DNA of 32,000 nucleotides from Deinococcus radiodurans R1 = ATCC 13939 = DSM 20539 (GTDB taxonomy: Bacteria; Deinococcota; Deinococci; Deinococcales; Deinococcaceae), in contig NC_001264.1 of the NCBI RefSeq assembly GCF_000008565.1, positions 217,418-249,417 of the forward strand, in the 5' to 3' direction. The translations under genes were made by a program, and so were the position numbers. The notes below the pieces were generated by a model, which saw only the letters and a list, made by a program, of their open reading frames with translations, was not told the DNA's origin and did no database searches. This document shows, in pieces, positions 10,473 to 20,337 of this stretch (the first letter of the stretch is position 1; each line of letters opens with the position of its first letter).

Positions 10473-11683
10473 ATGACAATTCGCGCTGGAATTTCCATTC
10501 CCAGACTGCAACGCTGGGACGCCCACGTGCAGCAGACTTACCTCGACTCCGGCCTGCTGCCGAACGCGCAGACGCTGGTCTACCGGCGCGGCGAACTCGC
10601 CTACCAGAGTGTGCTGGGCTTTGCCGATATGGGGGCCCGCACGCCGCTGCGCGAGGACCATCTGTTTCGCATCTATTCCATGACCAAGCCGCTGACCTCG
10701 CTCGCCTGCCTGATGCTGGTGGAGGAAGGCCGCCTGAGCCTGAAAGACCCGGTGTCGGCGTTTATTCCCGCCTGGGCAGAGCTGAATGTCCACGCGGGCG
10801 ACGCGCCGCCCACCGCCCCCACGCGCCCGATGCAGGTGGTGGACCTGCTGCGGCACACGGCGGGCCTGAGCTACCACATCCAGCAGGGCACCGCCACCGA
10901 CGCGCTCTACCGCGAGCGCCGACTGGGGTTCGGGACCACGCTGGCCGACTTCGTGGCCGGGATTGCCGAGCTGCCGCTGGAATACTCGCCCGGCGAGGCG
11001 TGGCTGTACTCGGCAGCGACCGACGTGCTGGGTTACGTCGTGCAGCAGGTGGCGGGCGTACCCTTCGAGCAGTTTCTGAAGGAGCGGATTCTGACGCCGC
11101 TGGACATGCACGACACCGACTTTCAGGTGCCGCCCGAAAAAGCAGAGCGCCTGACGACCTGCTACGCGCTGACGCCGCAGGCCAGAAAGTCTTCGACCCG
11201 GCGCAGGGCAGCCGTTTCCTCGCCCCGCCGCTGTTCGTGTCGGGTGGGGGCGGGCTGGTGGGCACCGCCGCCGACTACCTGCGCTTTTGCCGCTGCCTGC
11301 TGCGCGGCGGTGAGCTGGACGGCGCACGGCTCATCGGCCCCAAGACCCTGCACCTGATGGTGCAAAACCATCTGCCGGGCGGCGCGGACATCGCCTCGCT
11401 CTCGCGCTCGGTCATCGGGGGCGGCGACGCGGCGGGTGTGGGCTTCGGCCTGGGCTTTGCTGTGACCATTGACCCGGCGCGCACCCTGCTGCCGGGCAGC
11501 CGGGGCGACTTTTTCTGGGGCGGTGCGGCGGGCAGCTATTTCTGGGTGGACCCCGCCGAGGACCTCGCGGTGGTGTTCATGACCCAGACCCTCAACTCGC
11601 CCGAACAGGCCCGCCACACCCTACGCACGATGGTCTACGCCGCCCTGGAGGACTCCGCGACCGACTGGCCGACGCGGGCCTGA
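10473..11683 (+). pseudogene. Class-C-like beta-lactamase family serine hydrolase, frameshifted (or sequencing error)
   Basis: The N-terminal part carries 'LFRIYSMTKPLTSLACLMLVEEGRLSL' (S-x-x-K) and 'EYSPGEAWLYSAATDVLGYVV', and runs to '...RLTTCYALTP'. Sense resumes one frame back as 'GQKVFDPAQGSRFLAPPLFVSGGGGLVGTAADYLRFCRCLLRGGELDG...FFWGGAAGSYFWVDP'. The switch is at about 11175-11180, and one missing base restores it. The start is ATG 10473 or ATG 10455. Confidence 0.8.
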
Positions 11684-11784
11684 GTTAGAGCAGCTTGCAG
11701 AATTACGGCATTCGGGGAAAAGCACCCCAAATGCCTCCATTCCGCGTGCTGCTCATTGTTTTCGCTCGCTCTGCTCGGCATAAC

Positions 11785-11810
11785 AGGCCACAAAAAACGT
11801 GGCCTTTTTA
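11785..11810 (+). terminator. Rho-independent terminator candidate
   Basis: The stem is AGGCCAC (11785-11791) / GTGGCCT (11799-11805), with loop AAAAAAC. The T-run is 11805-11809 (its first T also closes the stem), followed by A at 11810. It lies about 100 nt after the hydrolase stop, in an AT-richer spacer. Confidence 0.55.
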
Positions 11811-11884
11811 TGCAAAATGCTCTAGAGGAAAAGACAAAGAGCCGGGGCACGTTTCACCTTTTGCACAAATGCAAGGTGGACGGT

Positions 11885-11923
11885 TGCCCCGTATTCTTTG
11901 AGGTCAAAGGTCAACACGGGGCA
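11885..11923 (+). promoter_or_regulatory. Stem-loop displaying a tandem AGGTCAA AGGTCAA repeat upstream of the secreted-protein gene
   Basis: The 8-bp stem is TGCCCCGT (11885-11892) / ACGGGGCA (11916-11923). The 23-nt loop contains a perfect tandem heptamer, AGGTCAA, at 11901-11907 and 11908-11914. It lies 40-80 nt upstream of the start codon. Function unknown. Confidence 0.3.
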
Positions 11924-11963
11924 GGTCGGAGGGAGGGAGCGGGCGTTTCCTGACAGGAGTCTC

Positions 11964-12770
11964 ATGCGGCAACAGCAGACTGACAGAATGAAAAAAAGAT
12001 TGATGCTGGCCTGCGCTCTGCTGTGGGCTGGGGCAAATGCGAGTGCGCCGCGCCCTCTGACTCCTGCCCCCGAAACGGGCCGGTTCAGCATGTCCTCCTA
12101 CCTCGGAAAGCAGCCTCTGCTGGCTTGGTGCGATGCGCCTAGGCGCGTACTGGCGCTGCTTCAGTACGGCATTCCAGCGGAAACCGCTCAGGCCACACCC
12201 CCGAACGGCGAATTGTACGAATGGCCCAAAACAGCGGCAGGACTGGGGAAAATTCAGGTTTCCGAGGTACAACTCGGAGCACCTGACCCCGGCGCGGGCC
12301 AGATTTACACGCCGCTCAAACTGACTTCCGGCCCGCGCAAAGGCCAAAGCGGCTATGTCCACACCAGCAACATCGAAAACACCAACGACCCCGCCTACCG
12401 CATGACCAAAACAGGCGAATTCAAGCTAGGAAACGACGTTTACAAGTGCCGCTACGTCAAAGATGCCGCCTTCATCGGCGTAACCCGGAAGCGCACCGTC
12501 ATCATCTGGGACAACGGCAAAACGGCGACCTATGCCACGCGCAATTTTGACGGCTCGGCGGGGGTGTATGTGACGGGTGGCAGGCGGATACCCCCCGGCA
12601 TGGAAGGTGGAACGCACTACGAATTCTCGGCGCCGGGCGGCATCACTTACTACGTCAACATCGACGCCAATGGGCCGAAAACAGGAGCAAGTGTCATTGT
12701 CCGCCAAGACGGGCACCTCGAACCGGGCCAGCCCTTCCTCGCCTATTCCGTCAGCCTGCCGAAAAAGTAA
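11964..12770 (+). CDS. Secreted hypothetical protein (Sec signal peptide), no recognised family
   Basis: AGGAG at 11955-11959 precedes ATG 11964; an alternative ATG is at 11988. The signal-like N-terminus is 'MRQQQTDRMKKRLMLACALLWAGANASA'. Codon third positions are visibly less G/C-rich than in neighbouring genes. The stop TAA (12768-12770) is embedded in the hpaE ribosome-binding site AAGGAG. Confidence 0.65.
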   Translation: MRQQQTDRMKKRLMLACALLWAGANASAPRPLTPAPETGRFSMSSYLGKQPLLAWCDAPRRVLALLQYGIPAETAQATPPNGELYEWPKTAAGLGKIQVSEVQLGAPDPGAGQIYTPLKLTSGPRKGQSGYVHTSNIENTNDPAYRMTKTGEFKLGNDVYKCRYVKDAAFIGVTRKRTVIIWDNGKTATYATRNFDGSAGVYVTGGRRIPPGMEGGTHYEFSAPGGITYYVNIDANGPKTGASVIVRQDGHLEPGQPFLAYSVSLPKK

Positions 12771-12780
12771 GGAGTTTCAA

Positions 12781-14355
12781 ATGACCCAGCCCAATCCAAC
12801 CCAGCCCAGTCCGACGCAGCAAAACCACGACCTCGCCCGGCAGCTCCGCGAAAGCCGCCTGAGCAGGGGCCTTCAGCACTTCATCGGCGGCGAGTGGGTG
12901 GACGCCCACAGCGGCAAGACCTTCGACGCGCACTCGCCGGTGGACAACGACTTTCTGGTGAAGGTGGCCGAGGGAGACGCCAGCGACATTGACCGGGCCG
13001 CAAAAGCCGCCCACGACGCCTTCCAGACGTGGCGCGAGGTGAGCGGGGCCGAGCGGCGCAAGATTCTGCATAAGGTGGCCGACCTGATCGAGAAGCGCGC
13101 ACAGGAAATCGCTGTGCTGGAAAGCGTGGACACCGGGCAGGCCATCCGCTTTATGAAGTCGGCGGCGGCGCGCGGGGCCGAGAACTTCCGGTTTTACGCC
13201 GACCGCGCGCCGGGCGCCCAGGACGGCCAGAGCCTGCCCGCGCCCGGCTTTATCAACTACTCCATTCGCCAGCCCATCGGCCCGGTCGGGGTGATTACGC
13301 CCTGGAACACGCCGTTCATGCTGAGCACCTGGAAAATTGCGCCCGCGCTGGCTGCCGGCTGCACGGTGGTGCACAAGCCCGCCGAGTGGTCGCCCGTAAG
13401 CGCCACGTTGCTGACCGAAATCATGGACGAGGCTGGGCTGCCGGGAGGGGTGCACAACCTCGTGCACGGCTTCGGCGAGAGCGCGGGCAAGTCGCTGACC
13501 GAGCACCCGCTGGTCAAGGCGGTGGCCTTCGTAGGCGAGACGACCACCGGGAGCCACATCATGCGGCAGGGGGCCGACACGCTCAAGCGCGTGCACTTCG
13601 AGCTGGGCGGCAAAAACCCGGTGGTGGTCTTCGACGACGCCGACCTCGATAAGGCGCTCGACGCCGTGGTGTTCATGATCTACAGCCTCAACGGCGAGCG
13701 CTGCACGTCCTCCAGCCGGGTGCTGATTCAGGAGGGCATCTACGACGAATTCACCCGCCGCATTGCCGAGCGCGCCGCGAACATCCGGGTGGGCGACCCG
13801 CTCGACCCCGACACCGAAGTCGGGCCGCTCGTTCACCCGCGCCACTTCGAGAAGGTGATGTCGTACTTCGAGTGCGCGCGGCAGGAAGGCGCGACCATTG
13901 CCGCCGGGGGCGAGCGCGTGGGCGAGGCCGGAAATTTCGTGCGCCCGACACTGTTTACCGCCGCCCGCAACGACATGAAGATTGCCCAGGAGGAAATCTT
14001 CGGGCCGGTGTTGACCGCCATCCCTTTTAAGGACGAGGCCGACGCGCTTGAGCTAGCGAACGACGTGAACTACGGCCTGGCCGGGTATCTGTGGACGAAC
14101 GACCTCACCCGCGCCCACCGCTTCGCGCACGGCCTGGAGGCAGGCATGATCTGGGTCAACAGTGAAAACGTGCGGCACCTGCCCACGCCCTTCGGCGGCG
14201 TGAAAAACAGCGGTATCGGACGCGACGGCGGCGACTACAGTTTCGAGTTCTACATGGAGACGAAGAACATCGCCATCTCGCTGGGGACGCACAAAACGGC
14301 GAAGTTGGGTGTGGGGCAGGCTCCGGCAGTGGGCAAGAAAGAGGCTGGAGAATGA
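12781..14355 (+). CDS. hpaE: 5-carboxymethyl-2-hydroxymuconate semialdehyde dehydrogenase (NAD+ aldehyde dehydrogenase family)
   Basis: ATG 12781 lies 7 nt after AAGGAG. 'FELGGKNPVVVF', 'SLNGERCTSSSRVLIQEGIYDEF' and 'IWVNSENVRHLPTPFGGVKNSGIGRDGGDYSFEFYMETKNIAISLG' match E. coli HpaE blocks closely by eye. It has a Pro/Thr/Gln-rich N-terminal extension (PNPTQPSPTQQ) and a short C-terminal tail. Confidence 0.9.
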   Translation: MTQPNPTQPSPTQQNHDLARQLRESRLSRGLQHFIGGEWVDAHSGKTFDAHSPVDNDFLVKVAEGDASDIDRAAKAAHDAFQTWREVSGAERRKILHKVADLIEKRAQEIAVLESVDTGQAIRFMKSAAARGAENFRFYADRAPGAQDGQSLPAPGFINYSIRQPIGPVGVITPWNTPFMLSTWKIAPALAAGCTVVHKPAEWSPVSATLLTEIMDEAGLPGGVHNLVHGFGESAGKSLTEHPLVKAVAFVGETTTGSHIMRQGADTLKRVHFELGGKNPVVVFDDADLDKALDAVVFMIYSLNGERCTSSSRVLIQEGIYDEFTRRIAERAANIRVGDPLDPDTEVGPLVHPRHFEKVMSYFECARQEGATIAAGGERVGEAGNFVRPTLFTAARNDMKIAQEEIFGPVLTAIPFKDEADALELANDVNYGLAGYLWTNDLTRAHRFAHGLEAGMIWVNSENVRHLPTPFGGVKNSGIGRDGGDYSFEFYMETKNIAISLGTHKTAKLGVGQAPAVGKKEAGE

Positions 14356-14870
14356 GCGAAATTTCCGCCATCTGGGAGCGCATTGAGGCGTGGCACGCGG
14401 CCAACGACCAGACGGAAAACCTGAACCCAGGCGCAACCGCCGAGGCCCTTGCCCAGGCCGAGAAAGATATGGGCCTGACCTTTCCGCCCGAAATGCGCGA
14501 ATCGTTACTGCGCCACGACGGCAGCGTAGACGACAGCTGGCCCACCGGGGAACTACTCTCGCTGGAGCGCATGGCCGACGAACGCAAGGTCTGGATGGAC
14601 TTGCTTCAGGACGGCACGTTTGACGGAAATGCCAGTCATAACGAAAGCTCGGAAGCGTTGCAACCTGGCTGGTGGAACCCGGCCTGGATTCCGCTGGATG
14701 CCGATGGCGGCGGGAACGGTGCAGTGATTGACCTGGCTCCGGGGCCGCAGGGAACTGTGGGACAGGTGATTGATATGGATCACGAAGTCGGCCCCAGTGG
14801 GCCAAAGTACGTTTCGTTGGCGGCCTATCTGGAAGCGATGCTTGAGCGACTTTCGGAGGCGGAAGAATGA
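14352..14870 (+). CDS. SMI1/KNR4 (SUKH-1 superfamily) protein
   Basis: 172 aa. 'IWERIEAWHAAN...NPGATAEALAQAEKDMGLTFPPEMRESLLRHDG' followed by 'WIPLDADGGGNGAVIDLAPGPQGTVGQVIDMDHE...YVSLAAYLEAML' fits the SMI1_KNR4 pattern. ATGA overlaps occur at both ends (14352-14355 and 14867-14870). Confidence 0.75.
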   Translation: MSEISAIWERIEAWHAANDQTENLNPGATAEALAQAEKDMGLTFPPEMRESLLRHDGSVDDSWPTGELLSLERMADERKVWMDLLQDGTFDGNASHNESSEALQPGWWNPAWIPLDADGGGNGAVIDLAPGPQGTVGQVIDMDHEVGPSGPKYVSLAAYLEAMLERLSEAEE

Positions 14871-15729
14871 CCCCTCACCGCCTCCTCATCACCGGCGCGG
14901 CGGGCGAAGTCGGCTCGGCGCTGCGGGAGCTTCTACGTGGGCCTCTCGGTCAACACTTTCCCATCATTCGCCTGACCGACAACCGCGACCTAGGCGCGGC
15001 CCGGCCCGGAGAGGAAGTCATGCTCGCCGACCTCACCGACTTTAACGCCGTGCTGAAGGTCATGCAGGGCGTGGACGCCGTCATTCACCTCGCCGGGATT
15101 CCCGATGAGGACAGCTACGCCAACATCCGCGCGGTGAATATCGACGGCACTTACCACGTGCTGGAAGCGGCGCGGCAGGCGGGCGTAAGGCGCGTGGCGT
15201 TCGCGTCCAGCATTCACACCGTCGGCTTTTACCCGCGCACCGAGATCATCTCCCCCACCGTGCCGGTGCGCCCGGACACCTATTACGGCGTGAGCAAAGT
15301 GTTCGGCGAGGCGCTGGGCCGCATGTACTGGGAGCGCTACGGGCTGGAGTTCGTGGGCGTGCGCATCTGCTCGTTTCAGCCGCGTCCGAAAGACCGCCGC
15401 CACCTCTCCACCTGGCTCTCGCCGCGTGACGCCACGCAACTGTTCGCCCGCGCCGTGACCGCGCCGGACGTGGGCTTTCTGGTCGTGGCGGGCATCAGCG
15501 GCAACACCCGCCGCTGGATGTCGCCGGAGGGCTGGGACGTGCTCGGCTACGTGCCGCAGGACGACGCCGAACGCTTTGCCGCCGAGGTGGAGCACATTCA
15601 CGGCAACGAGGGGGACATCACCGAGCAGCGGCAGGGCGGGATTTTCGTGGACGCCCATTATCACGGACGAGCACAGACGCCGCCCGCGCCCGTCTCGCCA
15701 CCCCCCGTCTCACCATCCAAGGAGGAACC

Positions 15730-15733
<4 letters not shown>
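14867..15733 (+). CDS. NAD-dependent SDR (extended, epimerase/dehydratase fold), uronate-dehydrogenase-like
   Basis: The Rossmann motif is '[14 protein letters not shown]' and the catalytic motif is '[16 protein letters not shown]' (YxxxK). From recalled sequence, it aligns by eye along most of its length with Agrobacterium Udh: 'RLLVTGAAGQLG', 'LYGVSKCFGENLARMY', 'LSTWFSHDD', 'FQGGTFVD'. It has a Pro-rich tail, [18 protein letters not shown]. It overlaps the hpaB start (ATGA). Confidence 0.75.
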
Positions 15734-17244
<1,511 letters not shown>

Positions 17245-17255
17245 GGGTGAAGACA

Positions 17256-17370
17256 CCCCTCACCCCTTGCTGCGCAAGGCCCTCTCCCCCAGGTAGAGGG
17301 TCAAAAGACGAAAAAGCCCTCTCCTAAGGGGAGAGGGAGGGAGCCGCGTCAGCGGCGGAAGGGTGAGGGG
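17256..17370. repeat. Small non-coding repeat (SNR-like), copy 2, longest form
   Basis: CCCCTCACCCC (17256-17266) and GGGTGAGGGG (17361-17370) bracket three hairpin modules: CCTTGC-TGCG-CAAGG, CCCTCTCC..AGAGGG and CCCTCTCC-TAAGG-GGAGAGGG. The first 33 nt are identical to copy 3 (30746-30778). It sits between hpaB and hpaD. Confidence 0.85.
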
Positions 17371-17410
17371 TCTCCCAAACGCCAGCACCCACCAGCCCAC
17401 CGGAGACAAT

Positions 17411-18385
<975 letters not shown>

Positions 18386-18395
18386 TGCGGATGCC

Positions 18396-19466
18396 ATGCT
18401 GATTACCCGACAACATCACCCCGACAATCTGGAAACGCCCGCCCACGCGCTGCTTGAGACTCTCACGCCCGCGCATTACGTCCGCAGCCATTTCGCGGTG
18501 CCTGCCCTGGACGCCGCCGAATTCCGGCTGAAGGTGGCAGGGCAGGTCGCCTCTCCCCTGTCGCTCTCGCTCGCCGAACTGCGCGCCCTGCCCGCCACGA
18601 CCCACGTCCTCACGCTGGAATGCGCAGGCAACGGGCGGGTGTATCTGACCCCCAAGGCCAGCGGCGTGCAGTGGGAAGTCGGCGCGGTGGGCACGGCGCA
18701 GTGGACGGGCGTGCCGCTGCGAACGCTGCTGGAGCGGGCCGGGGTGGCGGACAACGCCCGCGAGGTCGTGCTGGTCGGCGCCGACGAGGGCCAGATGGAC
18801 GACCCCGTCAAGTCGCCCGGCCACATCTACTACTCGCGCAGCTTGCCGCTGAGCAAGGCGCTGGACAACGTGCTGCTCGCCTACGAGATGAACGGCGAGG
18901 CGCTGACTCCCGCGCACGGCGCACCGCTGCGGGCCATCGTGCCCGGCTGGTACGGCATGGCGGCGGTGAAATGGCTGACCGAGATTCGCGTTATCGACCA
19001 CGCCTACCAGGGGTACTTTCAGACGGTGGATTACGCCCGCTGGGAGAGGCAGGACGGCTTGCCGCCAGTGCGGGTGCCGCTCTCGGAAATGCGCGTCAAA
19101 TCGCAGATTCTTACGCCTGCGCCGCACGCCTGTGTTCAGGCCGGCGAAGAACTCGAACTCTGCGGCGCGGCCTGGACGGGCGGCGAACGCACCGTGCAGC
19201 GGGTCGAAGTCAGCACCGACGGCGGTCAGAGCTGGCAGGACGCGGAGTGGCAGCAAGACGCCGCGCCCGGCGTGTGGCGACACTGGCACCTGAGCTGGAC
19301 GCCGCAGCAGCCCGGCGAGGTCAAGCTACTCAGCCGGGCCACCGACTCGGCGGGGCAAGTGCAGCCCGCCGCGCACGACCCGCACCGGGGCAGCTACGAG
19401 GTTCACCACATCGTCGCCGTGCCCGTCACCGTCAAAGCGAAGCAGGAACACAAGGAGAAGTCATGA
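18396..19466 (+). CDS. SUOX-family molybdopterin oxidoreductase (sulfite-oxidase-like, no heme domain)
   Basis: 356 aa. 'LTLECAGNGR' carries the conserved Mo-ligand Cys. 'GAPLRAIVPGWYGMAAVKWLTEIRV' is the Moco-domain signature. A C-terminal Ig-like dimerisation domain follows ('VQRVEVSTDGGQSWQDAEW'). There is no cytochrome b5 or c module. Its stop overlaps the hpaG start (ATGA, 19463-19466). Confidence 0.85.
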   Translation: MLITRQHHPDNLETPAHALLETLTPAHYVRSHFAVPALDAAEFRLKVAGQVASPLSLSLAELRALPATTHVLTLECAGNGRVYLTPKASGVQWEVGAVGTAQWTGVPLRTLLERAGVADNAREVVLVGADEGQMDDPVKSPGHIYYSRSLPLSKALDNVLLAYEMNGEALTPAHGAPLRAIVPGWYGMAAVKWLTEIRVIDHAYQGYFQTVDYARWERQDGLPPVRVPLSEMRVKSQILTPAPHACVQAGEELELCGAAWTGGERTVQRVEVSTDGGQSWQDAEWQQDAAPGVWRHWHLSWTPQQPGEVKLLSRATDSAGQVQPAAHDPHRGSYEVHHIVAVPVTVKAKQEHKEKS

Positions 19467-20251
19467 AAACCGCCAACTTTATCGCCGGGGGCCGCACCCT
19501 GAAAGGCGAACTGCGCCAGGACGGCCTGCTCTACGACGCCGCCGGTGACAGCCATCACCCCGACGACGTGCAATTCCTGCTGCCGCTGACGCCCGGCAAG
19601 GTCATCGCGCTGGCGCTGAATTACGCCGACCACGTGGCCGAACTCGGATTCAAGGCCCCCGAGGAGCCGGTGATGTTCCTCAAGCCCAACACCAGCCTGC
19701 TGCCGCACCAGGGCACCGTGATCTACCCGCGCGGTGCTAAGTTCATGCACTACGAGGTCGAACTCGGCATCGTCATCGGACGCGATGCCCGGCGCGTGAA
19801 GGCGAAGGACGCGGACGATTACGTGGGCGGCTACACCATCGCCAACGACCTGGTGGTGCGCGATTACGTCTCCAACTACTACCGCCCGCCCATGCGCGCC
19901 AAGGGCTGGGACACCTTCGGGCCGCTGGGGCCGTATCTGGTGAGCGCCGACGAGGTGCCCGACCCCTACAACCTGGGCCTGCGCGCCTACGTCAACGGCG
20001 AACTGCGGCAGGAAGGCAGCACGCGCGACATGATTCTCAAGGCCCCCGAACTGATCGAGTTCATGAGCCGCTTCATGACCCTGGAAGCGGGCGACGTGAT
20101 TCTGACCGGCACGCCCAAGGGCGTCTCGCACGTGCATCCCGGCGACGTGATGCGTCTGGAAATCGACGGTCTGGGCGCACTGGAAAACCCAGTGGCGCTG
20201 GAAGACGAGAGCGCTGAGCCTTTGATTGCGGACGAAGGAGAAAGGAAGTAG
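19463..20251 (+). CDS. hpaG: Fumarylacetoacetate-hydrolase-family enzyme, HpaG-like (OPET decarboxylase / HHDD isomerase), single domain
   Basis: AAGGAG (19452-19457) precedes ATG 19463. 'KVIALALNYADH', 'PVMFLKPNTSL', 'HYEVELGIVIGR', 'GYTIANDLVVRD' and 'GDVILTGTPKGV' are FAH-fold motifs. At 262 aa it is a single domain, unlike the two-domain E. coli HpaG. Confidence 0.8.
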   Translation: MKTANFIAGGRTLKGELRQDGLLYDAAGDSHHPDDVQFLLPLTPGKVIALALNYADHVAELGFKAPEEPVMFLKPNTSLLPHQGTVIYPRGAKFMHYEVELGIVIGRDARRVKAKDADDYVGGYTIANDLVVRDYVSNYYRPPMRAKGWDTFGPLGPYLVSADEVPDPYNLGLRAYVNGELRQEGSTRDMILKAPELIEFMSRFMTLEAGDVILTGTPKGVSHVHPGDVMRLEIDGLGALENPVALEDESAEPLIADEGERK

Positions 20252-20322
20252 TCGAACGGTCTAACCGTCAAACCGTCGAAGCGCAAAAGGCGGTTTGACC
20301 GTTTGACTTTGGACGGTTCGAC
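20251..20322 (+). repeat. Imperfect 72-nt inverted repeat built from AACCGTC / GGTTTGAC words (hpaG-hpaF intercistronic structure)
   Basis: The left arm is GTCGAACGGTC-TAACCGTCAAACCGTC. The right arm is GGTTTGACCGTTTGAC-TTTG-GACGGTTCGAC. The outer arms pair 9 of 11 and the inner CCGTCAAACCG / CGGTTTGACCG pair 10 of 11. Tandem AACCGTC occurs at 20263-20269 and 20271-20277. GGTTTGAC (20292-20299) is directly followed by CGTTTGAC (20300-20307). No U-tract follows. Confidence 0.6.
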
Positions 20323-20337
20323 GTTCCGCAGGAACTT

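Noticed and set aside
9327-11327. 666-aa ORF suggesting a very large regulator
   Set aside because: Only the C-terminal ~363 residues look like a PucR-family protein. The N-terminal ~300 residues are Arg/Gly/Pro-rich and run antisense to the beta-lactamase-family gene. I truncated it to ATG 10415.
11684-11990. Radiation/desiccation response motif (RDRM-like 17-bp palindrome) or a small RNA gene in the AT-richer spacers (also checked 7653-7748, 22475-22571, 26723-26955)
   Set aside because: TTATGCAAAATGC (about 11807) and TTGCACAAATGCAA (about 11861) are only superficially similar to the recalled RDRM consensus, and their second half-sites do not match. I have no independent evidence for an sRNA. 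A proper motif scan would be needed.
14352-14870. A toxin-immunity (polymorphic toxin) module centred on the SUKH gene
   Set aside because: The upstream gene is a complete aldehyde dehydrogenase with only a short C-terminal tail. No toxin, Rhs/YD, LXG/WXG or nuclease-like domain is visible on either strand nearby. The immunity-module interpretation is therefore unsupported here. The gene is still reported as a curiosity.
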